A stretch of 63,677 nt of DNA, the filler included, from Octopus bimaculoides (taxonomy: Eukaryota): NCBI RefSeq assembly GCF_001194135.2. It is 5 parts of 4 records of this genome, joined end to end, with 100 filler letters (N's around TTAATTAATTAA, not from the genome) between each part and the next. Parts side by side here need not be neighbours in the genome. Positions count along the whole stretch, not along the records: positions 22,237 to 53,707 come from NC_068993.1; 4 more parts are not named here. One strand, written 5' to 3'. Made by a program: the position numbers and the translations under genes. The notes below the pieces were generated by a model that saw nothing but the letters and a program-made list of their open reading frames with translations, searched no databases and had not been told where the DNA came from. Each line of letters opens with the position of its first letter. Position 1 is the first letter of the stretch. Positions 24,516 through 37,362 of the stretch are shown here, in pieces.

Positions 24516-24995
24516 TAATAATAATAATAACTGATTGGAAGTGTTATCATGTACATTGTCTTGTCTTGATATAAAACATGGGCAACAGCAAATATTCTGC
24601 TCAATACCACAAATTTGCTTGTCAGTTGTTTGACCATAACCAGTTGAGCATGTCCCTTAGTGGCTGATGATTTGTGCATCTCTGATCACGAGCAGAAGTA
24701 TTGGGGGTTTGGATAATTCACGTTTGGAAACATGGGTGTTTTGTTCAAAATCCTTAAAAAAATCTTATTCCGGGACCTTTTGAGCGGGATGAGCTACTCG
24801 ATCTGAAGAAAATTCTAACTGAGCCTCACCTGCAAGGTCATGCACTGTTTATTGTGCACATATGTTTGTGATGCATGTGTCTGGTGTACCCTTATCAGAA
24901 GGGTACTGGGCTTCGTATATTTTATTCCAGTGTCACTGTGATGGCATGCACTGCTCTCTCACTCAATAATAATAATGATAATAATAATAATAATA

Positions 24996-25029
<34 letters not shown>

Positions 25030-25071
25030 CGATGATGATGACGACGATGATGATGACGACGATGAAGATGA

Positions 25072-25632
25072 TATGTTCAGAGTAGACCCATTCATCTGCG
25101 CCAACCTCGCCATTTTCACCCTCCTTTCAATAAAAATACTAGGTGAGTTAGTGCAGAGTAGCACTTCCACCTCCAGCCTCACTTACCTTTTCAAGTGGAA
25201 CTTGAAAAAGTCGATGAGGGCTTGGGCGAAAAGGAAAATACCTGTCTTCAGTCCTTTCAACCTCGTCCACAACACTATCTCTTTCGTCATAGCCATCAGA
25301 CAGAAGAAAACTGTCTTGCCTTCCTGACCCAAAGAAAGCAGAAGAGCGATCTTCAGGATAGACTCGACTGGATCCGTCCTACACGCGTCAACAGCTCTTC
25401 GACATAACTCCACAACTCAACGAGTGCATGCAGAACGGTTTTTATCTCACTCCGCACATCTCGGGCTGGTCCATGTGACGGCACTTCCACGCCTGTAGAG
25501 CATGTCTCAAACCCACAGAACTCCTCGGTAGTACTGCCTGGCCTGGGATTTCTGGAAGTTATCCATTGGCCCCAGCCCAAAAGTCCTCCGGAAAAGATCA
25601 TCTAACTGATCCTGCCTGACGCCCAGATGAAC
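25072..25632 (-). mobile_element. Tx1/L1-like LINE ORF2 C-terminal fragment (degenerate)
   Basis: Frameshifted ...RSEIKTVLHALVE-LWSYVEELLTRVGRIQ...FFCLMAMTKEIVLWTRLKGLK...FFKFHLKR...MARLAQMNGSTL, ending at a (GAT)n tract. Confidence 0.7.
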
Positions 25633-25664
25633 AAAAAAAAAAGAAAGAAAAGAAAAAGAGATAG

Positions 25665-27400
25665 AGAGAGGTAGGGAAGACAGCAATTATAGACTTATTA
25701 CTTATTTACCATACTCTGGAAACTATTAATTGGCATCATAGCAGATGACGTATATATATTAATGGAAAAAAAAAAAGAATCTCTGGCCAAAAGAGCAGAA
25801 AGGATGTAAGAAGAAATCTGATCTACTATATGTAGGTAGTAGAATATTAAATAAAGTACGAGTAAGGAGGAAAACTTTAGCTGTTGGATAGATAGAATGA
25901 AGGAAGGACTACGACAATGTCCCACACTGATGGCTCTGGGAGTGTCTGATGAGGCTCGGTGTCAATGAGAAGATAAACAACTTTTTGAAAAATGCAATGA
26001 GTGTGGGAAATAGAACTGAGATGTGCAAATGAATCGCTAGCTAATGCGAAAATACGCAGGGGCATTTTCCAAGGAGACTTGCTCTCTCCGTTACCCTTCG
26101 TCATTGCGTTAATCCTTCTGACAAGGATACTGAAAATCTGCGGCTGCCTATGGGCTTACCAAATCCAAGATGAAAATAAATCACCTACTTCATATGGATG
26201 ACCTCAAACTGTATAGAAAAATTGAGACAGACCTAAATTCTTTGATCCAAACAATGAGAATATTTAGTAAAGATAATGAAATGCAGATCGGGATAAATAA
26301 GTGCGCAGTACTAATTATGAAGAGTGGCAGGAAGGTAAAGCCCGATGGTATAAAATTACAAAACAACATCGTTAAATGTTAATGAGGGATAAAAATATCT
26401 AGGAGTTCTGCAACACGATCCGATAATAGAACGAGAAATGAGAGAGAAAGTCAGTAAAGAGTACAAGAGGAGAATTAGGAAGTTGCTCGAAAGAAAATTA
26501 ATTGGAAGGAACATTGTGAAATCCATAAGTACATGGGCTATGCCCATACTGAGATAGTCTTCTCTGTTTCTGAAATGATCAAAGATCGAGCTACAGAACT
26601 TGAATAGAAGAACTAGAAAGCTGCTCACAATTCACACCGCATTCCGTTTTAAAAGTAATGCCCACCGACTCTATTAATCAAGAAAGGAAAGTGTAGAGGA
26701 TTACAAAATGTAGAAGACACTGTTAATACTGTGAATTATGTTGTGCAAAGTAAGAAAGAATACTTTCGGCAATCAGAGATACACAAAAAGTGACTGAAAC
26801 AGTTGGAGAATACAAAGAGAAAAAGGACAACAGAAGAAAAAAATGGAAAGAAATAGAACTACATGGCCAATTCTTGCAGCAAACCTAAAATGTTGGAAGT
26901 AAAGAACGCTGGCTCTTATTGACAAATGGGAATTTGACGAGAGACCCAAACGCTAATTTTAGCCGCTCAAAAACAAACTATTAGAACGAATCTGATAAAA
27001 GCAAAGATCAACAAAACTCAGTCAGACAGCAAACGCACAGTATGCTGGAAAGGAGTCGAAGGTATCAATCATCTTTTGAGTGAGTGTAGTAAACTCACAC
27101 AAAGGGAGTATAAGCGTAGGCATGACTCTGTAAACAAAATAGTCCATTGGAGTGCTAGCCGAGTATGTGGCTTTAAAATAATAGAAAAGTAGTATGAATA
27201 TGAATTATAAGGGTTGTGATAGGAAAAGGTGCAAGATCATAGATTTCGCAGTTCCTTCTGGTAACAGAATCGATACAAGAGAAATTGAAAACATGAAAAA
27301 TATCAGGATCCAGCCAAAGAATTAGAGAGACTGTGGAAGACTAAGACAGCAGTAGACAGCAGTTATTACTGTAGTAATTGTTGCAATTGAAATATCACAA
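25665..27400 (+). mobile_element. R4/Dong-like RLE non-LTR retrotransposon, 5'-truncated copy 1 (RT, CCHC, RLE), pseudogenised
   Basis: SNYRLIT, EQKGC, WID..YDNVPH, IRRGIFQGDLLSPL, HLLHMDDLKL, RGLQNVED, zinc-finger region ..VC..GVEGINHLLSEC..YKRRHD, KYQD.AKELERLWK. Confidence 0.88.
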
Positions 27401-28049
27401 CGAAAGAGTTACAGACAAAGACAGCCTCGGCATAATTTATGATGGACGTACATTAAGAAGCTCTCTCCACAAAACAAACTTAATCCAATAACATCGGTGC
27501 AATGGAAGGAAAATTCCGCAATACAACTATGGGAAATGATCTTTTAATGAAAAGGAATTAAATAATCGGAAATATTTTTGTTATGTAAAGTGTGGTTTCT
27601 TTTTTAAATGCACGACATCTCAATGTGACATATGCAAAACGTCGAACCCTGGAAAAACACACCGTGAATACGTAAATTGTGTAATTACCTATACATGCAA
27701 CTGTTCATGCTTACATGTGCACATTTTAATATCTGTAAGCAAAATAAATGATGCCTACACTACACACGTACACACGTACATTCCCCCAAAAAATCACATG
27801 TTATAAGTGACGCAAACCCAAACAAAATCAAAGCGACTTCCCACGAACGAACATAAAAAGGAGCAAATTAGCCATTCAATTTAAAACATCACTAAGTAAG
27901 TATGCCCGGAAACATAGCTGCTAAAATAAAATAGAAGTGAATTTCGATGTAAGTCTTATACGTCTACGATATGAGAAAAATATCCAATCGAGGAACACGG
28001 AAGCGATGTCATGTCAAAAAGTTAACCCTAAACAAAGAAACCCGTCCTC

Positions 28050-29520
28050 TAATGTCACCGTCAATGCTTTAATGACAAGCCAAAACTCATACCGAATCGG
28101 TCATCGCCCGGGACAATAAGGACCACGTTACACAGTGGAGAACCAGACTGGGGACGAAAAGTCTGCTGCTGGAACAAACTCTCAAAAAGACCATCTACCA
28201 GGTAGCTAGAACCAGGATAACCCTAACCCTAGACCTGTAGTGACGCCACCAAAAACACATAAAATGAACTAGAGATGATTATAGGGATGTTTTGAAAGCT
28301 TTTTATAACGCCCAACTAAAGCCAAGAAATAACCTCATACTACAAACATATGCTTGATGGAGAAATTAAGTAGGCAATGAAGTACGTTGATATACAGATA
28401 CAAATAACTAAAGTAATGTACGTAGAGATATCATTAAGAAAAAAAGATCAACGGACAGTGAAATTATCCAAATTAGGACACAAATATCTCTTGGTAGACT
28501 AAATGAAAACAGCAACATTGCAGATGAAATAGGTAACAGATTCACAGAACCCAGTTTACGAACAGTACATCCCAACGAGGAAGCTGAACAGGGAATAGCG
28601 AAAAACAGATATGTGGAAAAAGGGAATGTAGACTTACCTCAAGAACACCAAAATAGATATGACACAGAATTCGAGGTGAATAATAAAGAAAAGATCACAG
28701 AAGCAAAAGAAGATATTATGAAAGAACTCAGCAAGACTGAGTTTTCTGACATGGTCAATAGAGAACTGCTACCAAAGCTTCCAAACAACACAAAAAATAA
28801 TAACGTAATCATGATATATAACGTTGTTCTTAGATCTTAAGAAATAAGGGAAATTATCTAACGACCTTAAATAATCTCTTCTATTCTACTGCTAAAGTAT
28901 TTACTGCTCAACTAGGTATTAAGATGACACTGAAAAGACCAGCCATGTCAATAAACTTCCAAAGTGGGAAGTGGCAATACAAAAAGAGATCGAATCTCTG
29001 CGGGCGGATGTATCAGTTCTCGATGAACTTGCAAGAGGAGTAAACAAGGAACTGTTAAAACAACGCGTACAGCCGAAAGCTCAACGGCTTAGAAGGTATG
29101 ATAAAAGAATCAAATTTTATCGATAAAACGAAGTATTCAAGACAGATGCAAAGAAATTTTATAGGGAAATTGGCAAAAGTAAGATAGAAGTAAAGGAGTC
29201 ACCTAAGACTAAGGAAATGGAAGAGTTCTGGAAGAAGATATGGAGCAACGAAAGAGAATATAATGCCGAGGTTGACTGGATAGAACGTAAGAGAGATTGG
29301 ACGAAGTTGGAGAGCAGAAATGGGAGGCAATAAGAATAAAATATGTGTTCTTTGGAAGTCTCACAAATGGAAAACCCCAGGACTGGACCGAACCTCAAAC
29401 TTCTGACTGAATTGTTTGACAGACGTACACCAAAATTTCGCTACATCACTAACTGTTGTCATTCAGAACCTAGAGCAAATACCTGCCTACAGGAAAGCGT
29501 TTGATAGTATCCCACATAAC
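28050..29520 (+). mobile_element. R4/Dong-like element copy 2: N-terminus to RT motif 3, with internal deletion and loss of the 3' half
   Basis: ..DDYRDVLKAFYNA.., KLSNVRRDIIKKK, AQRLRRYDKR, VFKTDAKKFYREIG, FWKKIWS, WKTPGLD..NFW, then a jump to YRKAFDSIPH. Confidence 0.85.
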
Positions 29521-30290
29521 TGCTTCACTAATCCGGTCGCTGAAATCTTTACGCGCCGGCAACGACGTGTTCAGTTTCCAGTAACTGGGTCCCTGTCTAT
29601 GAAGCCTGTCTCAGTCGACTGTACAGATCACGAATTTGTGGTCTGTGAAGTCGACTACTTTAAATTGTGGACAACCTATGCTATCCTTATCTGCTACTCT
29701 ACAGAAGACCCTATCTAGATACGATCTGGATGACCCAATGCGGTTTGACCAGGTCCACACTGGCACATCCGGGAAATCCAGTCGATACTTGTCAGACAGT
29801 TGAATTCGTCTGAACAGGTATACGAGGCGTTTGCACCCTCCTCTCCTATCTGCTAAATCTACACAGTCCCACCTCACATCCATTCCAATCCCCCACTAAC
29901 ACTAAAGAGTGGGACGTTCCCAGGAAAGTTTCCAGACGTCTGAAGAAATCAGGTCGTCTTGTCCCTATCGGGGGCATAGACGGCAACTAGCCTGAATGTA
30001 TGTCGTTCGCTGTCTATCACGTCCAAGGCCACCGACTTACCTTCCGGTTCCAGGAAGATCATCCGTATTGCAAGATCCAGATTTTTCTGAACCATCACGG
30101 CAATTCCGCCTCCCCACTCCCGGACGACTTGAAAATGCATACAACTCAATCATCGAAAATAGATCGAAAATCCTGTGAGTCAGAAATTCTGGTTTCACTA
30201 ATGGCCACCACGTCGACATTCAATTCCCTGAGGTCGTTGAGCAGGTGACCCCGCTACCAAGGGCTACGTACATTCACACTGCCTTTTCTA
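29521..30290 (-). mobile_element. Tx1/L1-like LINE ORF2 APE endonuclease (degenerate)
   Basis: VNVRS..GHLLNDLRELNVDVVAISETR, GGGIAV, FRLVAVYAP, GDWN, SYLDRVF, FTDHKFV, GPSYWKLNTSL. Confidence 0.88.
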
Positions 30291-30335
30291 TGCATGACTA
30301 TGTTGTCGGAAGAAGAAAAGAAAAGGAAAACTTAA

Positions 30336-31945
30336 TTAGTTTTGTTCCCTGTTGGCTTGGGGGGTTTCCAACAGTAAATCACCACGAATTCTCTTGATGA
30401 TATTCCCTCGAAAATCTACGATATCATGTGGGAATTGGGTTTTTAAGTGTGTATGTGTGTTTTGTGTTGTTTTAATGATTTGTATGTGTGCAGGTAGGGA
30501 GATTGTGGGTGTGACAAAATCGTCTGGTGTAATGTTTGTGTGTGCCATTATGTACTTCATTAATTAATTGTTTTTTGTGCTTATTGCCATGTAGTTTGTA
30601 ATGTTTTCCACTTCTTGTGTGGATGAGGATTGTTGTTTGTCCATATGTTTGTTTTTCTTTCTGTCTCTTTTCCATTTTTTTTCCAGTTTTCAACTTCCGC
30701 ACCTCATCGTGGTCCGACTCTTCACCTGTGATGTCTACCCGCTCTGCGTCGGGGAGTGGAATATCTTTGGGCGCCGAGAAGTGTTTGGGGAAACTCGGTG
30801 TGGGTATGGTTGTTGGTGTTGGTGGTGCCACGGCTGAATCTGCTGATGGTGACGGTGCTGCTGCTGTTGTCGCTGGAGTTCTGGTGACCGTTGTTGGTGT
30901 AGGGCAGAAGGCTTTTAAATGATTAAATGCAAAGCAAATGTGGCACTGAAATTATGCTGCCTCTAGGAAGAAGGATCTGATCCAGGATGAGATCCACATT
31001 CTTTGGATGGGGAGTTTGTATGAGGAGTTCTATAGTCATCCCGGACCAGTTCTCCTTTTTGGTCTTATAATCTTCGAAGATTTTTTTAGTTTTCTTTGAT
31101 GTCTATTGTCACTGCAGCAATTAGCCAAGGAATGGCTATTTCTGGCGGCACCTGTTAAATGATGATTTTGGCCAGTCTCTGACTACACTACTAAGGAACA
31201 AACAACAGCTCCTCGCTTTTGAGGGGATTCAGAGATTGATGTTTGGCTTCTTACTCGGTGCGGAATCGACCGTCCATCATTCCATAGGCCTTTCCTCTCT
31301 GTAGATATTCCTTTAGATTCCAGAATGAACCTAAAGCTTTTTTGTATTTGAGCTTTTGTGGGTCTTTCCTTCCTCTTTAATCATTAACCGATTGTACGGT
31401 ACGTCACTGTGCGGCGTATTGTACCCTGGATTGCCTCAGGTGGAGTATTTAGCTTTACAGCTTTTCCGTCTCTCTCTACTAGCTGCCTAGCATTTTAAAG
31501 TTCCTCCTCAGAGAATACAATTCTCTGAAGAGATGACTTGGCTGCTCCAGCGAAAGAAACTTTCGAAGCCGTGCACCGGTTTGTTTCTCGGTTCCTTTGT
31601 TCTTTTTATAATTGTTATTATTGCTTTCGTTGCTGCCGTTGTTGTTGTATTTGTCACCGTTGCTATTGTTGTTGTAGTTGTTGATCGTGCTGTTGATATT
31701 GTTCTTGCTGTTGCTGGTGTTTTCGCACTGCAACGCCTTCGTTACCCACGTCCATCGAACGGCGTTTTCGCCATCGTGTTTCTGAGCATATGTCTTAGCA
31801 TGATCAATTCATCTTTTGTGATTCCAATAGAGAAGGTGGTCAAGGGCCATTCTCGCAGAAAGCATGCCATAATCAATACATTTTCAGCGTCAGATCCTTC
31901 AAAGGGGATGACTCTGATGCAAGGTAGTGTCCTCGCCATTGTCGT
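30336..31945 (-). mobile_element. Gag-like ORF1 of the same Tx1/L1-like LINE (degenerate)
   Basis: CX2CX4HX4C knuckle CHICFAFNHLKAFC at 30904-30945, followed by a Thr/Ala/Pro-rich linker; sits directly upstream of the APE on the same strand. Confidence 0.65.
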
Positions 31946-31955
31946 TGTTTCAGGT

Positions 31956-32592
31956 TTATCCGCACTTTCGCCATAACATATCTTTATTATTGTCACACTG
32001 TCTTCTGCACATGCGTGCTTATAGTTGGTACTATTGTGGTCATGTGATCGAAGTTTGAATTTAATCACGCCACTTTTCTTTCTGGCTTTACAGTGTAAGC
32101 ATGGCCGCTCCGCTAGCAATGTGCATCAAAGAACAAAGAGCAGTGATCCGAGAGATAGTAATGGTGAACCGGTTGATCATTACTATCTCTCGAGATTATT
32201 GAGTTTTCTCGTCAGTGGTGGAGGTTGACGGGTGTCCTGCTCCCTCTTCGTGCGTCACGCTTGTTCGGCCACTTTTAAATTTTCGATCTCCACTCATATA
32301 CACTTCTACGCGGTAGTGCATGGTTCTCGTATTGTGTTAAAAGTCTCCGATGAATTTCAGCACCTGACATACCTTCCAGCCAGAGATCACTGCTCTTTGT
32401 TCTTTGATGCAGATTGCTAGTGGAGTGGCCATGCTTACACTGTAAAGCCAGACAAAAAAAATGGCGCGATCAGGCTTAAACTTCGATCGTGTGGCCACAA
32501 TAGTACCAGCTATAAGCACGCATGCGCAGAAGGTAGTGTGACAATAATAAAGATATGGTGAAAGTGCGGATAATTTTTGACTTCCCCTCGTA
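31956..32592. mobile_element. Fold-back mariner: two 5' halves joined in inverted orientation
   Basis: Minus arm: TA-CGAGGGGAAG terminus, MATPLAICIKEQRAVI..EGMSGAEIHRRLLTQY..LPRRSVYEW..KFKSGRTSVTHEEGAGHPST (mariner HTH). Plus arm 31956-32170 is the same sequence with a deletion; palindrome centre AACCGGTT at 32167-32174. Confidence 0.85.
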
Positions 32593-32843
32593 TAGTATTT
32601 ACGATATTAACGATAATCATAATTACGATTATGAGTAAAATATTGGCGGTAATAATGATGATAATGAGGATGATGATGATGATGAGAATGGAGGGGAGGG
32701 GGAGGAGGAGGTAAATAAAGTTTGGTATAGACACACACAACGAAAACGAGAAAGAGAATTATGAAGAAAGTGAGAGAGGAATTGAGCAAGAGAGAGATAG
32801 AGAGAAAGAGAGAAAGAGAGAGAGAGGGGGAGGGAGAGAGAGA

Positions 32844-32888
<45 letters not shown>

Positions 32889-33219
32889 TGTGTTGCTTTA
32901 ATACTGTGAAGCTGCCATTAAAATATTAAGAGATGTTAGCTTTTTTTATTTTGTTTTGGTTTTTGTTCATTTTATTTTTATTTGTTTTATATATGAATTA
33001 TTGCTTTTCCTTTTGTTTTCTTTTCTTGGTTGTCTTAACGTTTACAACTATAACAACAACATCAGCAACAACAACGACACAAAGTTGGAAGAACGAAGTA
33101 GGTATTGTCACTCTACAATGACAAACAAGATGTATAAAGTGGTTTGGTTTTTTATATTGTTTTTTTTTTGGTGAGATTTGTTATGGTATTATTAATATTA
33201 TTATTGGTTTTTTTCCCGA

Positions 33220-33264
<45 letters not shown>

Positions 33265-34063
33265 TTCCTTCTTTCCTTCCTTTCTTTTATTATTGTTATT
33301 TCATTATTACCACTCATATATTTATTTATTTTGGTTTCCCTCCCCTCTAGCCCTGTTCACCTCCACCGCTCTTTCACTCATTTCACCTTTTCTTATTGTT
33401 TCTGTAGCGAAGCACGTATAAAAAAACAACAACAACAACAAAACAAAAACAAAACTAGACAAAGTCAAACAAGAAAAAAATAAAGTAAAAAAAAAAAAAG
33501 AGAAATCAAATTACTTGGTCGGTTGCTTTATTTCACCAGAAGATTTGACGAGGATTAAGACGACTGGCCGCTGTACAAAGCCTTAATTTCTGATGGCGAC
33601 TGTATAAATTGTAATTAATATAACACCAACGTCATTGTCGATAAAACATCCTCCAGGTTACAAAGCCAGGTGTTTTAACCATTAATCAACAGATGAACGA
33701 AAGACCCCCACCACTGTCTTCCATATAATAATTTACATTACATCATATATCAATGTTTGTCATGGGTGTGTCTTGTTTACACACTCAGTAGCATGTTTAG
33801 ATCGGTTGTATCTTGTCAATAAAACCCTTAATTAGGTGGTTATTATTTCATTAATGAACTTTTTGTGTCTGTTAATGAAGCAAACCATAGAGAAGATAAG
33901 TGAATCGAACGGGGGAAAAAATGAGTTCAAAAAGAAAAAAAAATCATCTGCTGATAACTATCAGCCTTTCTATCCATTTTTCTGCAGATTTGTTCATCTA
34001 TGTGTGTGTGCATGCTTGTATGCGTTTCTCTTTTTAACCCACGCAGTCGAACACTGAATCCTG

Positions 34064-34125
<62 letters not shown>

Positions 34126-37100
34126 TCTATTCTATTCTATTCTATTCTGTTCTATCTTATTCTACCTATCCTATTCTATCTACCTATCTATCTTTCTGTC
34201 TGATAACTTCAGTTTTTGTAATCTATCTGTGTCGATCTTTCTCAAAGATAAATTGATTTAGTCTAGAAGCGGTTTTCTCTGATAAAAATGTTTATTTATT
34301 TCAAAATTCAGCGTTATTGTTAAGATTTCCACGGTGGAGATCATTTATAAATTCAACCAAAGAAAAGATCTTTTTACTTACAAATTTGACATATTGCTGA
34401 ATTTTAAGTCAGATCAGTAAACTTGTTTTGCAGATTATCTTTGAGAGTATTTTAACGATACTTTTCTAATTGAACAATTCTTTCTTCATCTGTGATTTGA
34501 GATCAAAATGAAGAGTGATTATAAGCAAACATCTTTAAACTATAGTAGTAAAGCTTTCCATGGCCCAACCTCATATGTTTCTCCCACATTTTCTCGTATT
34601 ACCTTCTGTTTGTAAACCATAATTTTGATACCACTGTGTAGCATGTTGAGCATGGGTTTGAGTTAAACAAAACTTATGAATTAAAGTGGGTTCCTGAAAA
34701 TTATGTCAACGCCCAACACATGGAGTGTAGTTGTAAGTCAAAATGTCAGTCTTATCGCATATAGTGCCATGCTAATTTTACCTGAGTATTATTATATGAA
34801 AGACTTAAGTTATTTGGAAATATTCATTCATTTAAAACAATGGTATAATGAGTCAATTGGTAGCTCAGTTGATTGAACTACTGAAATATTTATAGTTGGA
34901 ATGGGTGTCCATTGATGGTTAAAGCTAAAAGCTTTGCACTTCTCTCTGTATTTCTATCTAGCGTTTTTATCCCACACACCACGGGGTAATTGATCAGATA
35001 GTGTGGAAGTTTTTGGTTATTTAAACTCAATTTCCGTAACAGCATCTCGCCACATTATGCTGGAAATGAAATATAATCTTACAGATTGGGGTACTTCAGA
35101 TTACACAAAATGTAGATACCTATGGGTAACTAACAGCTAATTTTTCAAATTTCTTTTATTTATTTATGTATGATAACCATTAATATCTCGATGTGGATAA
35201 AGAGAAACATCAGAAGAAAGAATACACAGATGTACAAATTACAGCAACAAAAAATAGAAGCAGCAGCAGCAACAACAACAACGATGGCGATGACACTAAG
35301 AACAATTGTAGAGGTTGAATTTTTTCGCAACCAGCTAAATGTCAAAAAGCAATGTTATGATTGGAAACTTCACACATAACATATACAACAACATTTATAA
35401 CAGAGGAGGAGGGGAGGATGGGGAGGATGAGGAGGCTGAGGAGGAGGAGATTTATGAAGTGGCAATTAAAGAACTGGAACCATGATCAAAAAGTCAAATG
35501 AGACTGTCAATTAACCATATTCGAATGCACTGAGAGTGGCAGTGCAAAGGGTAAACTCCTGGAAACCTGGGGGTGCAAAACGGTTTCAATTCTCAGTTCA
35601 AGCCATTTCAAGTTTGTCTTACTCTGGGAAAGACACAGCATCATTAACTCTCTCCAAAGCACTTGCCTTTATATTTAGTCAAGAGCATTTTAAGATCTTA
35701 TGACGATTCCAAATTTCGGTAAATTCCATTCAATTTTTATAACGATATTCTTCTTTAACGAAACGCAGCTTATCAGAATTTTCTTACGCAAAACTCTGCA
35801 ATTCCAAATCGGTTGGAAGAACCTTGGCAAGAAAATAAATGCATAAATTCTGAAGGCCTCCAAGAGAAATTCAAAATTTCTCTAAGAGAATACCTTATGT
35901 ATTTGGTATATGCAATCCGAAATGTTTTGGAATGAGGACTCCTGCAAGGAAAAATGTAATTTTGGTACTCGGTTTGTAAATAATTTTTGTACACATACAC
36001 AGACTCACACACAAGCCTTAGACGATCGCATTCACGAACACTCTGCGAGGTTCATACATTTCACAAAACATTTCTATGCTGATAAGCGAATAAATTTATT
36101 GTTATTCCAGATTTAGTTTACATAGAATTTTATGAATAATTACGAGCATCTCAAAAATAGTTATTACATAATATTCAATAACAGTTTTCAATGACACAAC
36201 TGCTTGTATCTCAGGCCCCAGGTCAACTTTGGTCAACAGTCATTTGACACTCTGGTCGTCAAAAGAACGACCTGCTGCAACACACTCACACGCGCGCGCG
36301 CATAAATACACACGTATACAGCATCAGTGAATTTAGACATACATCAGAATTCAGACATACACTTAATTTAGACATACACGCACACACACACATATATTCA
36401 GGCATGCATATATATATATATATATATANNNNNNNNNNNNNNNNNNNNNNNNNNNNNNNNNNNNNNNNNNNNNNNNNNNNNNNNNNNNNNNNNNNNNNNN
36501 NNNNNNNNNNNNNNNNNNNNNNNNNNNNNNNNNNNNNNNNNNNNNNNNNNNNNNNNNNNNNNNNNNNNNNNNNNNNNNNNNNNNNNNNNNNNNNNNNNNN
36601 NNNNNNNNNNNNNNNNNNNNNNNNNNNNNNNNNNNNNNNNNNNNNNNNNNNNNNNNNNNNNNNNNNNNNNNNNNNNNNNNNNNNNNNNNNNNNNNNNNNN
36701 NNNNNNNNNNNNNNNNNNNNNNNNNNNNNNNNNNNNNNNNNNNNNNNNNNNNNNNNNNNNNNNNNNNNNNNNNNNNNNNNNNNNNNNNNNNNNNNNNNNN
36801 NNNNNNNNNNNNNNNNNNNNNNNNNNNNNNNNNNNNNNNNNNNNNNNNNNNNNNNNNNNNNNNNNNNNNNNNNNNNNNNNNNNNNNNNNNNNNNNNNNNN
36901 NNNNNNNNNNNNNNNNNNNNNNNNNNNNNNNNNNNNNNNNNNNNNNNNNNNNNNNNNNNNNNNNNNNNNNNNNNNNNNNNNNNNNNNATATATATATATG
37001 TATGTATGTCTATATATGTATGTATGTCTGCGTTCGCACGCGTGTGTCTGCAGACACAAAACACGTTCTATTGATCGTTATGTACAATTTTCTGGCACCA

Positions 37101-37249
37101 TAGAATCGAAGACTACGGCTGAAAGACAGGAAAAGGTAGAAAGGAGAAGGGAGATGGGAGAAGAGAGAAGATACAGAGACATACATACTTAGACAAATAC
37201 ATAGAAAATAGCTAAATGGGTAGCTACCTAGATAGGAAGATATATATAT

Positions 37250-37306
<57 letters not shown>

Positions 37307-37315
37307 GGATGGATT

Positions 37316-37362
<47 letters not shown>

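Noticed and set aside
25665-29520. Single circularly permuted R4 element
   Set aside because: RT motif 3 is present in both pieces, so two copies is the simpler reading.
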